This document shows, one piece after another, positions 19,021 to 33,750 of a stretch of 64,000 nucleotides of DNA. Below the pieces are notes generated by a model. That model worked only from the letters and a program-made list of their open reading frames with translations. It did not search any database and had not been told where the DNA came from. Positions within the stretch are counted from its first letter, which is position 1. Every line of letters begins with the position of its first letter. Source of the stretch: the human T2T-CHM13v2.0 reference genome, Homo sapiens; assembly GCF_009914755.1 (NCBI RefSeq), contig NC_060939.1; one strand, given 5' to 3'. The translations under genes and the position numbers were made by a program.

Positions 19021-20451
19021 CCCTTAAGTTCCACATAAGTTTGCTGAGACAGGTCTATTGTAATTTGAGTTCTCTTTAAATGAATTAGTTCATCCTTAAT
19101 AGTGTGAAGTCCTGGAGGACAGCGAGGGTGTTTTATTTAACTTTGTTTCCCTGTCAATTGTGGCTCAAAGAAGGACATTTAAAATTTATATTGAATTAAG
19201 GGACAGGGCATTATGCTCTGGGGTATGATGATTTCAGAAGGTAAATGTCAATGGGGAATAATATGTCCAAATGAAAGCGAGATGTATGCCCTGTAATGTG
19301 CTCTAAGGTCCTTTGAGATCCTAGTGAGAGAAAAAAGCAGTCTAGAGGTGAAGAGGACCCTAGAGAGATGCATGAGGTGGGAAAGAATAAGCTAGGAGGT
19401 ATATGCCTAGTGAAAATAGGTTCCACAGCAGCATCACCCTGACTGCAGAGATATTAGCGCGGCTCCCTTTCTCCAATATCCAGATGTAGGCCTGAACCTG
19501 TGGATCTGGACAGGCTGCCAAAGGTGTGCTGCATATTTTTGCCAGGAACAATTTGAATGGGTCATTGTCAGTGGGTTAGCCTCATGTTTTGTTAAATTTA
19601 TCCCTAAGTATGTCACATTTTGGGATGCTATTGTAAATAGTGTGGCTTATTTAATATTTTATTTTCCAAGTTTTTAATGCTAGTGTATAGAAATAGAAAT
19701 GATTTTAACTCCAAATTTTGCAATAATTGTATATTTACAGGAAGTTATAAGGAGTAATGCTGAAGGATCCTGTGTACTTTCACTCAGTTTTTCCCAGTAT
19801 CATAACCTTACAAAATTTCTAGTACAGTGTCACAAGAACACTGACGCTGATACTGCCAAGATGCAGAATAGCCCCATCACCACAAGGACCTCCACAGCAC
19901 CCTTTATAGCCACCCCCACTCACTGCATGCCCAATGCATTTGTAACCACAAGCAACCACTAATCTGCTCTCCATTTCTATAATTTTGTCATTTCGAGGAT
20001 TTTATATAAAGAGAATCATAGAATGTCTAACATTTGAATTTGGCTTTTTTCACTCAGAATAATCGTCTAGAGATTATCCATGCTGGCTGTTGTATGTATC
20101 AATACTTGATTCCTTTTAACTGCTGAATAGTTCAGGAAGTGCAGGTACCATGGTTGGTTTAATCAGGCACCAGTTGAAGGTATTTGGCTTGTTTTAAGTC
20201 TGGGACTTATTATGAATAAATATGCTATAAACATTCATGGATAAGTTTTGGTGCAAACCCGAAGTCTTCATCTCTCTAGGGATAACTTACCAAGAGTATA
20301 ATGCCTAGATTATATGGTAGTTCTATGTTTAGGGGCTGCTGTATGTATTTTTTTCCTAACAGCATGGGACAATGATTCAGTTTCTCTGCATTTTGCATTG
20401 TCACTTTTTTCTTCGCAATTTTGAACAAATGTGTCATGGTATCCAATTGTG

Positions 20452-21091
<640 letters not shown>

Positions 21092-21267
21092 TCATTGTGG
21101 TTTTAACTTGCATTTTCTTCACAGGTAATGATGCTAACTATCTTTTTATGTGCTTATTTTCTATCTATATACCTTCTTTAGTGAAATGTCTCTTCATGTA
21201 TTTTGGGCATTTTTTCTTATTTTTTGTTTTTACTTTTGAATTTTGAGAGTTCTTTATATATATATAT

Positions 21268-21950
21268 TTTTGTCTTTTTTTTATTATTATACTTTAAGTT
21301 TTAGGGTACATGTGCACATTGTGCAGGTTAGTTACATATGTATACATGTGCCATGCTGGTGCGCTGCACCCACTAACTCATCATCTAGCATTAGGTATAT
21401 CTCCCAATGCTATCCCTCCCGCCTCCCCCCACCCCACAACAGTCCCCAGAGTGTGATGTTCCCCTTCCTGTGTCCATGTGTTCTCATTGTTCAGTTCCCA
21501 CCTATGAGTGAGAATATGCGGTGTTTGGTTTTTTGTTCTTGTGATAGTTTACTGAGAATGATGATTTCCAATTTCATCCATGTCCCTACAAAGGACATGA
21601 ACTCATCATTTTTTATGGCTGCATAGTATTCCATGGTGTATATGTGCCACATTTTCTTAATCCAGTCTATCATTGTTGGACATTTGGGTTGGTTCCAAGT
21701 CTTTGCTATTGTGAATAATGCCACAATAAACATATGTGTGCATGTGTCTTTATAGCAGCATGATTTATAGTCCTTTGGGTATATACCCAGTAATGGGATG
21801 GCTGGGTCAAGTGGTATTTCCAGTTCTAGATCCCTGAGGAATTGCCACACTGACTTCCACAATGGTTGAACTAGTTTACAGTCCCACCAACAGTGTAAAC
21901 GTGTTCCTATTTCTCCACATCCTCTCCAGCACCTGTTGTTTCCTGACTTT
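21268..21950 (-). mobile_element. 5'-truncated L1PA2/3
   Basis: Near-identical reverse complement of 1921-2600; TSD about TTTATATATAT. Confidence 0.96.
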
Positions 21951-22570
21951 ATATATATTCTTGATATGAATCTTTTGTCGGACATGTTGTTTACAAATAT
22001 TTTTGCCCTGTCTGTTTTGTAGTCTGTTTATGCTCTTAACAGGGCCATTCACAGAGCAAAAATAATGATAATTATAATTTTAATAAAATTTCACATAATT
22101 TCTCCTTTTATAGATTTTGCTTTTGGTTTAAGAACTCTTTTTCTAGTTGGATATTCTGAAAATTTTCTCCTATGCTTTTTCTAAAATTTTACACTTACTT
22201 TTAATTCTGCAGTCCATTATGATGTCATTTTTGGATAAATTGTGAGTTAGATCAAGGTTCATTGTTCCATCTATGGATGTTCAATTGCTCTCATACTATT
22301 TGTTGAAAAGACTTCTATTTTTCCATTGAATTACTTTTGCTCTTTTGTCAAATATGGCCACAGTGATGAGGGGGTATGTTTTTAAGTTCTCTATTGTGTT
22401 TGATCAACCAATCATCTATCCTTCTGCCACTATCACATACTCTTTTTTATTGAGATATGACTCAAATACTATAACAATTATCCTTTTAGAGTGTACAATT
22501 CAGTGGTTTTTAATATATTTGCAAATTCGTACAACCATCACTACTGTCTAGTTCCAGAACATTTTCATTA

Positions 22571-22898
<328 letters not shown>

Positions 22899-22945
22899 GC
22901 ACATACCCATTATCAGTCACTACTAATTCCCTCCTCCACCAAGAA

Positions 22946-23005
22946 CCCTCCCACTTCGGCCTCCCAAAGTGCTGAGATTACAAGGGCGAGCCACCACTCT
23001 CAGCC
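22946..23005 (-). mobile_element. Alu/FLAM 5' half
   Basis: CCTCCCACTTCGGCCTCCCAAAGTGCTGAGATTACAAGG followed by TGATAGTGCATTT. Confidence 0.85.
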
Positions 23006-23546
23006 TGATAGTGCATTTAAAATCACAAGTTCATGATGTTTAATTTATCCTTTTTTGTCACTTGTGCTTTTGATGTCATATCTGTGACCTATGACCACAT
23101 GTGACCTTGCCTAATCCAAGAAAATGAAGATTTACAGCTACTTTTTCTTCTATTATTTATTTATTTATTTATTATTTATTTTAGGTTGAGGATTGTTTTG
23201 TTTTGAGATTTATCTCTTAGTGGTTATATTTATTGTTTGGTCAAGATTCAGTTGATTGAGAGCTCCAATTTTATTCTTTTTCATCTGAATATACAGTTTT
23301 CTGGAACAACTTTTTGAAAACACTATTATTTAACCCATTGAATTGTTTTGGAACTTGTGTTACAAATAAATTGTCCTCAGATCGTAAGTTTATTTCTGTT
23401 CCCTCAGGTCTTTGTCTACACTCATGTGAATACTACGGTCTATTGATTACCATGTAGAAAATTTTAGTATTAGAAAATGTGAGTCCTTCAATTTTGTTGC
23501 TTTTCAGGATTTTTTGGCTATTATCAGCTCCTTCTATAAGAACTTT

Positions 23547-23600
23547 GAATTAGCCTGTCAATTTGTGAGAAAAGAATTAGCCTGTCAATTTGTGAGAAAA
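23547..23600. repeat. Perfect 2 x 27-bp tandem duplication
   Basis: GAATTAGCCTGTCAATTTGTGAGAAAA occurs twice. Confidence 0.95.
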
Positions 23601-23669
23601 AAAGGCCAGCATGGATTTTGGTAGGGATTGTGTTGAATCTAAAGATTTATTTGGGGGAGTGCTTTAATC

Positions 23670-24059
23670 TATTTTAGTCAATTTCTGTTGCTGTAACAGA
23701 GCACCACAGACTGGGTAATTTACAAAGAAAGAAATTCATTCAGCTCTTAGTTCTGGAGGCTGAGAAGTCAAAGAGCATGGCATTGGCACCTGTTGAGGGC
23801 CTTTATGCTGCATCATAGCATGATGGACGGGCAAGTGAGAACGTAAGACTGAGAAAACAGCATCAGGGACTGACTTGCTGTGTAACAATCCATTGTCATG
23901 ATAACTAACCCACTCCTGCAATAAATACATTAATCCATTAATGATGATGAACACTCATGATTCATTTGTTTCTTACTATATTGCCCATCCCAACACTATT
24001 TCACTGGGGGTTAAGTTTTCAAAACATGAACTTTGGGAGGAGACCTTCAAACCGTAGCA
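23670..24059 (-). mobile_element. MaLR solo LTR (MSTC/D-like)
   Basis: TTAGTCAATTTCTGTTGCTGTAACAGAGCACCACAGACTGGGTAATTT...TTCAAACCGTAGCA. Confidence 0.85.
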
Positions 24060-24134
24060 GCATCTTAAAAATATGAATTTTTTCAATCAATGAACATGGA
24101 TTATCTTTCCATTTAGTTAAATATTTGTCAATTT

Positions 24135-24897
24135 CTTTTTTCAGATTTTATTTTAGAATTGGGGGTAAATGTGCAGGTTTGCCACAAAGGAAAATATTTT
24201 GTGACGCTGAAGTTTGGTATGAATGAATCAATCATCCGGGTCGTAAGCACAGTACGCAATACGTAGGTTTTTTCAATACTTAACCCCTCCCTCCTCCATC
24301 TTGTATTCCCCAGTATCTATCATTCCCATGTTTATGACTATATGTACCCATTATTTAGCTCCTACTTATAATTGAAAACACGTGCTGGTTGGTTTTCTGT
24401 TTCTGGAAATGGTTACAATAATGGTTTCCAGTTGCATCCATGTTTCTGCAAATTTCATTCTTCTTTTATGGCTGTATAGTATTCCATGATGTATATATGC
24501 TACATTTTCTTTATCCAATCCACCACTGATAGGCACCTGGGTTGATTCCATTTCTGCTATTTTGAATAGCACTGTGATGGACATACAGGTGCAAGTGTAT
24601 TTTTGGTAGGCTGACTCATTTTCCTCTGGATATGTACCCAGGAGTGGGATTGCTGAATCCAGTGGTAGTTAACAAGAATGCAATCCCATTTATAATAGCC
24701 ACACACAAAAAAACCTAGGAATACAGGTAACCAAGGAAGTGAAAGATTTCTACAAGGAGAATTACAAAACAATGTTGAAAGAAATCAGAGATGACAAAAA
24801 CAAATAGAAAAAATATTCTATGTTCATGTATTAGAAGAATCAATATCATTAAAATGGCTATACTGTCAAAAACAATTTACAAAATCAATGCTATTCT
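24135..24897 (-). mobile_element. L1PA/PB with 5' inversion (minus 24135-24670, plus 24671-24897)
   Basis: Antisense 3' end joined to a sense ORF2 piece (ATCCCATTTATAATAGCC...CAATGCTATTC); TSD AATTTCTTTT. Confidence 0.85.
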
Positions 24898-26197
24898 TCT
24901 GAATTTCTTTTAATGATGTTTTGTAGTTTTCAGCATGCAAGTGGTGTACTTCTTCTGTTAAATTTATTCGTAAGTATTTATTTTTGACATTGTAAATATA
25001 ATTGTTTTCTTAATTTCCTCTCTGGATTGTTTATTATATATAACTGTTTTTTTTAATATTGATCTTTTGCAGTTTGCAAACTTGCTCTAGTAAATCATCT
25101 CTAATATTTTTGTAGGATCATTAGGAATTTCTGTATATGATACCGTGCAATCTACACTTAGAAATAGTTTTATGTCCTCCTTTTCAATATATATGAATTT
25201 CATTGAATTTCCTGCCAACTTTCCCTGGCTAGAACCTCCAGTGCAATATGAATATAAAGGGTGAGAGCATATCCCTTGTATATTTTCTGATTTTTAGGGA
25301 AAAATATTTAGTCTTGGTGGTGGTAGCTGTGACTTTTCATAGATGCCATTTATCAGCTTCAAGAAGCTCCATTTTTACCAAATTTCTTTACTGTTTTTAT
25401 CATGAATTTGTGTTGCATTTTGTCAAATGATGGTTCTGTATCATGTGATCTTGTCCTTTATTCTATGAATATGGTGAATTACATTGATTTGTCTGTGTTG
25501 AGCCACTCTTGCATTATTGTGATAAATGTTGTTTGGTCGTGTCGTATAATCATTTTATGTGTTGCTGGATTTGGCTTCCTAGAATTTTGTTGAGGATTTC
25601 TACTTCTCCATTTGTAAAATATATTGGTCTACAATTTTAATTTCTTGTGATGTCTATCTAGTTTTAGTATTAGCATAACACTGGTCTCATAGGATGAGCT
25701 GCAAAGAGTTTCTACTTCTATATTTTTGTAAGACTTTATTGGTATTAATTTTTTAAACATTAGTAGAATTCTTGACTATATATTTGGTCCTGGTTTTCTG
25801 TTTGGGGGAAGTTTTATTATTATCACTAATTAACGTCTTTACTGTTTAGAAGTCTATTCAAATTTTCCAGGTTTCTAGTTAGTTCCAGCAGTTTGTGTGT
25901 CTCTAGCAATTTATCTTACCCAAGTTACCTAGGTTGATGTAGACTTTGTCATAGTATTCCCATATAGTCCTTATTTTTTAAGGTATTTCTTATAATTTCT
26001 TATTTTAATAATTCGAGTCATCTCTTTTCTTAGTCTAGCTAAATATTGTCAAGTTTGATTTTTTCAGAAACCAATTTTGGTTTGTTTGATAAGCTCTATT
26101 GTTTTTCTGTTCTATAGTTTATTTCCATGTTAATCTTTATTATTTACTTCCTTCTGCACATTTTGCCTTTAGTTTGTTTTTCTTTAGTTCTAGTATC

Positions 26198-26499
26198 TTT
26201 TTTTTTTTTTTTTTGAGACAGAGTTTTACTCTTGTTGTCTAGGCTGGAGTGCAATGGTGCAATCTTGGCTCACGGCAACCTCTGCCTCTCAGGTTCAAGC
26301 GACTTTCCTGCCTCAGCCTCCTGAGTAGCCGAGATTACAGGCTCACGCCACCACACCCGGCTAATTTTTGTATTGTTTTGTAGAGACGGAGTTTCACCAT
26401 GTTGGCCAGGCCAGTCTGGAACTCCTGACCTCAGGTGATCCACCTGCCTCAGCCTCCCAAACTGCTGGGATTACAGGTGTGAGCCACCCCACCAGGCCG
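26198..26499 (-). mobile_element. AluSq/Sp
   Basis: Full dimer; TSD TTCTAGTATCTT. Confidence 0.95.
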
Positions 26500-27694
26500 A
26501 TTCTAGTATCTTAAGGTGGAAGATGAAATTATTCATTTGAGAATTTCTTTTTTCACATAGGTATTTATAGGTACGTATTTTCCACTAAACACTATTTTGT
26601 GGCGTGTCCTACATTTTGGTATTGTGTGTTTTCATTTTCATTTCAAAGCATTTTCTAATTTTCTTTTTTTCTTTTACATCACTTATTTAGGAGTTTGTTG
26701 TTTAGTGTTCATGTATTTGTAACTTTCACATATTTTCTTGTTTCTTTGATTTCTAAATTCATTCCACTTTTGTTGGCGAACATACTTTGTATGATTTTAA
26801 TAAGGCTTTATATTTATTGAGCATCATTTTGTGGCCTCACATATGGTCTGTGCCTGAATAATGTTCCACGTGCACTTGAGAAGAATAGATATTCTGTTAT
26901 TGTTCAGTGGAGTGTTCAATATGTGTGCTACATCTATTTGGTTCATTGTGTTGTTCAAGTGCTCTATTCGCTTATTGATTTTCTGTCTAATTGTTCTGTC
27001 CATTACTGAAAGTGGGGTATTGAGGTCTCTGACCATTATCTCTGAGTTACATATTTCTCTTTTCAATTGAGTCAGTTTGCGCTTCATGTATTTTGGAACT
27101 CCATTGTTAGATAAATGTATCTTTATAATTGTTATATCTTTGTGACAGATTGAACATTTATTATTATAAAGTACCCTTATTTTTCTCTCATTATAATTTG
27201 TATTTGAAAGGTTAATTTTATAATATTTATTTAGCATTCTATTGTTGGGTACTATTTGCTCGATGTATCTTTTTTGATCCTTTTCTTTTCAACCCAAATC
27301 CTTTGTGTTTTTGAATCTAAAGCATGTCTCTTGTAGAAAGCATGTAATTATTTTTATTCATTTATCCAATATCTGCCCTTTATTTGAGTTTTTAATTGAT
27401 TCACATTTCATGAATTACTGATAATGTAGAATTTGTCACTGCCCATTTGCTATTTATTTATATATGTCTCGTGTCTTTTTCCTCTATTCCTCCTGTAAAC
27501 TTGTAAAACCTCTTTTGCATTAAATATGTACTTCTAATATACCATTTTAATTCCCTTGCCTTTTCTATTTTAAATTTTGTATGTATACATAATAGTTGTA
27601 CATATTTATGGTCTACAAATGAAATTTTGATACAAGTATATAATGTGTCTTATTCAAATTAGGGTAATTAGGGTATCTATCACCTCGAGTAGTC

Positions 27695-28150
27695 ATTTTT
27701 TTATTTTTAAAATTTTTGAGGGTACATACTAAGTGTATATATTTGTGGGGTACATGAGATATTTTGATACAGGCATGCAGTGTGAAATGCAAATCAAAAC
27801 TACAATGAGATATAATCTCACTCCAGTTAAAATGACTTATATCCAAAAGACAGGCAATCACAAATGATGGCAAAAATGTGGAGAAGAGAGAACGCTTGTA
27901 CACTGGTTGTGGGAATGTAAATTAGTGCAACCACTATGGAGAACAGTTTGGAGGTTCCTCAAAAAACTAAAAATAGAACTGCCGTATGATCCAGCAATCC
28001 CACTGCTGGGTTTATACCAAAAAGAAAAGAAATCAGTATATGGAAGAGATATCTGCACTCCCATGTTTGCTGCGGCACTGTTTACAATGGGTAAGATTTG
28101 GAAGCAACCTAAGTGTCTATCAACAGATGAATGGATAAAGAAAATGTACC
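27695..28150 (-). mobile_element. L1MA/PB insertion with 5' inversion (minus 27695-27785, plus 27786-28150)
   Basis: ORF 27907-28233(+) [20 protein letters not shown] is joined to an antisense L1 3' terminus. Confidence 0.85.
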
Positions 28151-28471
28151 ATTTATTTGCATTAGGAACATTCCAATCTTTTAGTTATTTTGAAATATGT
28201 AATAAATTGTTGTTAACTATAATCATCCTATAGTAATGCCGAACACTAGATGTTATTCCTCTGATCTAATTATATTTTTGTATCCATTCAGTAACCCTTT
28301 TTATCCCCTCTCCCTATTCCTTCCCAGCTTCTGGTAACCATCATTCTACTCTTCAGCTCCATGTGATAAAAAAAAATTTTTTTTCTTTAAAAATGTTACA
28401 TTAATTTATCTGTAGTACTGACAGTGTCTATTTTAAGTAATCTAAAGTATTATGTGTAGCTCCTCAGGTGA

Positions 28472-28799
<328 letters not shown>

Positions 28800-28818
28800 C
28801 CAATACTTCTTAATCCTA

Positions 28819-29170
28819 TATTATTATTATTATACTTTAAGTTCTGGGGTACATGTGCAGAACGTGCAGTTTCAGAGCCACTGTGAGATGCCATCTCATG
28901 CCAGTTGGAATGGTGATCATTAAAGGGTCAGGAGACAGGAGGTGCTGGAGAGGGTGTGGAGACATGGGAGTGCTTCTACACTGTCGGTGAGAGTGTAAAT
29001 TGGTTCAACAGTTGTGGAGGACAGTGTGGCAATTCCTCAAGGATCTAGAACTAGAAATACCATTTGACCCAAAAATCCCATTACTGGGTATATACCCAAA
29101 GGATTATAAATCTACTATAAAGACACATGCACACGTATGTTTATTGCGGCACTGTTCACAATAGCAAAGA
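28819..29170 (-). mobile_element. L1PA (about PA7-like) with 5' inversion (minus 28819-28872, plus 28873-29170); A>G-hypermutated segment
   Basis: TATTATACTTTAAGTTCTGGGGTACATGTGCAGAACGTGCAG, then a sense ORF2 C-terminal segment homologous to 1870-2170. Confidence 0.9.
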
Positions 29171-29568
29171 TGTGTTCAAATTTTTTTTTTATCTCCAACG
29201 TATGAGTGAGAATATGCAACATTTGTCTTTCTGTTCCTGGCTTATTTCATTTAACATAATGTCCTCCAGTTCCATCCATGTTGGTGCAAATGAGATTTTA
29301 TTCTTCTTTTATGGATGAACAATATTTCATTGTATATATGCACCACATTTTAAAATCCATCCATTGATGAATACTTTGATTGATTCTATATCTTAGCTAT
29401 TGTCAACAGTGCAGCAATAAACATAGGAGTGCAGGTATATCATTGATATACTGCTTTGATTTCTTTTGGATATATACCAAGTAGTTGGATTGCTGGATCA
29501 TATGCTAGTTCCATTTTTAGTCTTCTGAAGAACAACATTTGTACTGTTTTCTATAGTGGTTGTACTAA

Positions 29569-29884
<316 letters not shown>

Positions 29885-30369
29885 CATTCCCACCAACTTT
29901 ATAGGAAGATTCTCTTTTCCCCACATCCTTGCCAGTATTCATTATCGCCTGTCTATTTGAACACAAAGCCATTTTACCTGGGGTAAGATGATATTTCATT
30001 GTGATTTTGCTTTGCATTTCTTTCATGATTAGTGATGATGAACATTTTTAAATAACTGTTGGCCATTTGTATGTCTTCTTTTTGAGAAGTGTCTTTTCAG
30101 ATCTTTTGTCTAGTTTTTAATCAGAGAATTTTTTTGTTTGCTATTGAGTTGTTTGAGACCCTTATATTCTAGTTATTAATCCCTTGTCAGATGGCTTGCT
30201 TGGAAATATTTTATTCCATTCCTCACTTTTTGATTGTTTCCTTTGCTGTGCAGAAGCTTTTTGGCTTTATATGATCTTATTTGTCTATTTTTTGCTTTGG
30301 TTGCCTGGACTTTTGGGGTATTCCTCAAGAACATTTTGCCCAGACTAATGTCTTGGAGTGTTTCCCTAA

Positions 30370-30633
<264 letters not shown>

Positions 30634-30708
30634 TAATGTTTTCTTCTAGTAGTTTCATTGTTTCAGGACATACAGTTAAGTCTTTAATCTATTTTATCTT
30701 TTCTTTGA

Positions 30709-30961
<253 letters not shown>

Positions 30962-30964
30962 TCA

Positions 30965-32132
30965 ATTGTTTTCTTAATGGTACCCTTGAGAATTATAATT
31001 AACAGCTTAATTTATCAAAATCTATTGTAGATTAAAACCAACTTAATTTCAATTGTATGCAAGAACTTTGCTACTTTATGGATCTGTTCCCTCCCCCTAA
31101 TTAATGCTGTTATTATCATACAAATTACATATTTATACATTGCAATATCATCAACACAGATTTATAATCATTTTAGTAGAGACATTACATTGTATCTACA
31201 GATCTATTTCCGAGAAGTGACATTTTAGTAAAACTTAGTCTTCACATCCATTAACTTATGTAGGTAATTCTTAGTTTATCTCAGCAATATGTTGCAGTTT
31301 TCAGCACAGAACTCTTGCACATACCTTGTTAAATTTGCTACTAAGGATTTTAAATATATACATATATATTTAATGCCATTCTAAATTATATTTAAATTAT
31401 ACTTTCCAATTTTTCAATGGTAACGTATAGATATAAACTTTATTTTTAAACATTTTTGGATTATGTGGCTTGTTAAACTCACTTATTAATTTTATTAGTT
31501 TTTGTACATTCCTTAGAGGAAGATTCTCTACAGAGATAAACATTTTATGTAAACATAAAGGCAGTTTTACCCCTTATATTCTAATCGTTATGACTTTTTT
31601 TTTTTGCTTGATTGCAGTGACTAGGACCTTGACTACAATGTAGACTAACTGTAGGTGAGAAAGGACACCCTTGTTGTATTTCTCATCTTAAGGGGAAAAC
31701 ATTAAGTCTTTATTAGGTATGATGCTATCAGCAGGTTTTTCATAGGTGGTTTTTATCAGGTTAAAGAAGTCCTCTTTTACTCCTAACTTGTTAACAGGTT
31801 TGATCAAAAATGACTTTGGATATGTCAAATAAATTTTCCGCATTTACTGATATGATTCTATTTTTTCATTCATTATATATTATTGTTATGTGGTAAATTA
31901 CATTTATTTATTTTTAGGTGTGAAAATCACCTTACGTTTTGGAGGTAAATCCTACTTAGTCCTGGTATGTTAGAAATTTGAAATATTTATGAATTAAATT
32001 AAGTAATATTTTATTAAATATTTTGCTTGCATGTTCATGAGAAAAGCTGCTGTGCAATTTTCTTTACTTTTACATTTCTGTAAGGTCTGATTTTTATATT
32101 GAGGTAATGATGCATTCATAAAACTATTAGGG
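30965..32132 (-). mobile_element. Old L1M fragments
   Basis: Antisense ORF2 phrases (CTAGGACCTTGACTACAATG, CATCTTAAGGGGAAAAC). Confidence 0.65.
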
Positions 32133-33066
<934 letters not shown>

Positions 33067-33750
33067 GAGATGGTTCCATATGGGGGAGTCTCAAGGCTGA
33101 CTCTGACCCACTGAAATATGATGGATGTATTCTTCTTCTTCTTCTTTTTTTTTTTTTTTTGGTTAAAGGAAAAATAACAGGCCAGGAAATTAAACACTTC
33201 TGATGCATGGATGGCTATCACGTCACCCACTGTAAGATACAGAAGCTGCATTGTGATTGGTAATTGGAGGTAAACTTTTACCAAGATGATTTAGAAATGA
33301 TACAACCAACTATTTAAGAGTTGGCTCACTGGATCCCTAGAGAAATGTAGAGTAATGAAAATACATGCTACATATACTATTATGTGGCCATTTTTATCTA
33401 AGATAGCTAAAATAAAAGAGGAGTGTTTCAGCAGATCCTGGACCTGCACCAAGCTTGGATTGTGGCCAGTCCTAGCTATTGCCACTAGCTTTATTGTTGC
33501 TTCCAAGGAAAAACTATTCCGGAACAGCAAATATCACCTCTATGACCTCTGATTAGCAAGATGGTAGTCCAGATTGGGGATAGGGAGCAAACCTAAGAAG
33601 GAACTGAAAGGAAAGACTACAGTACAAAGAATTTGTCTCATTTTGTACCTCAATATAACTAACTTTTTGAAGAACCTTTATTAAAATGAATTGTGACATG
33701 ACTAACTCAGGAGCAGTTGCCTTGATTTTTAATGCTATAGTATGGAGGAG
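33067..33750 (+). mobile_element. ERVL internal region (leader/gag remnant)
   Basis: Directly follows the LTR, with non-L1 A-rich composition; pol remnants resume at about 36480. Confidence 0.55.
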
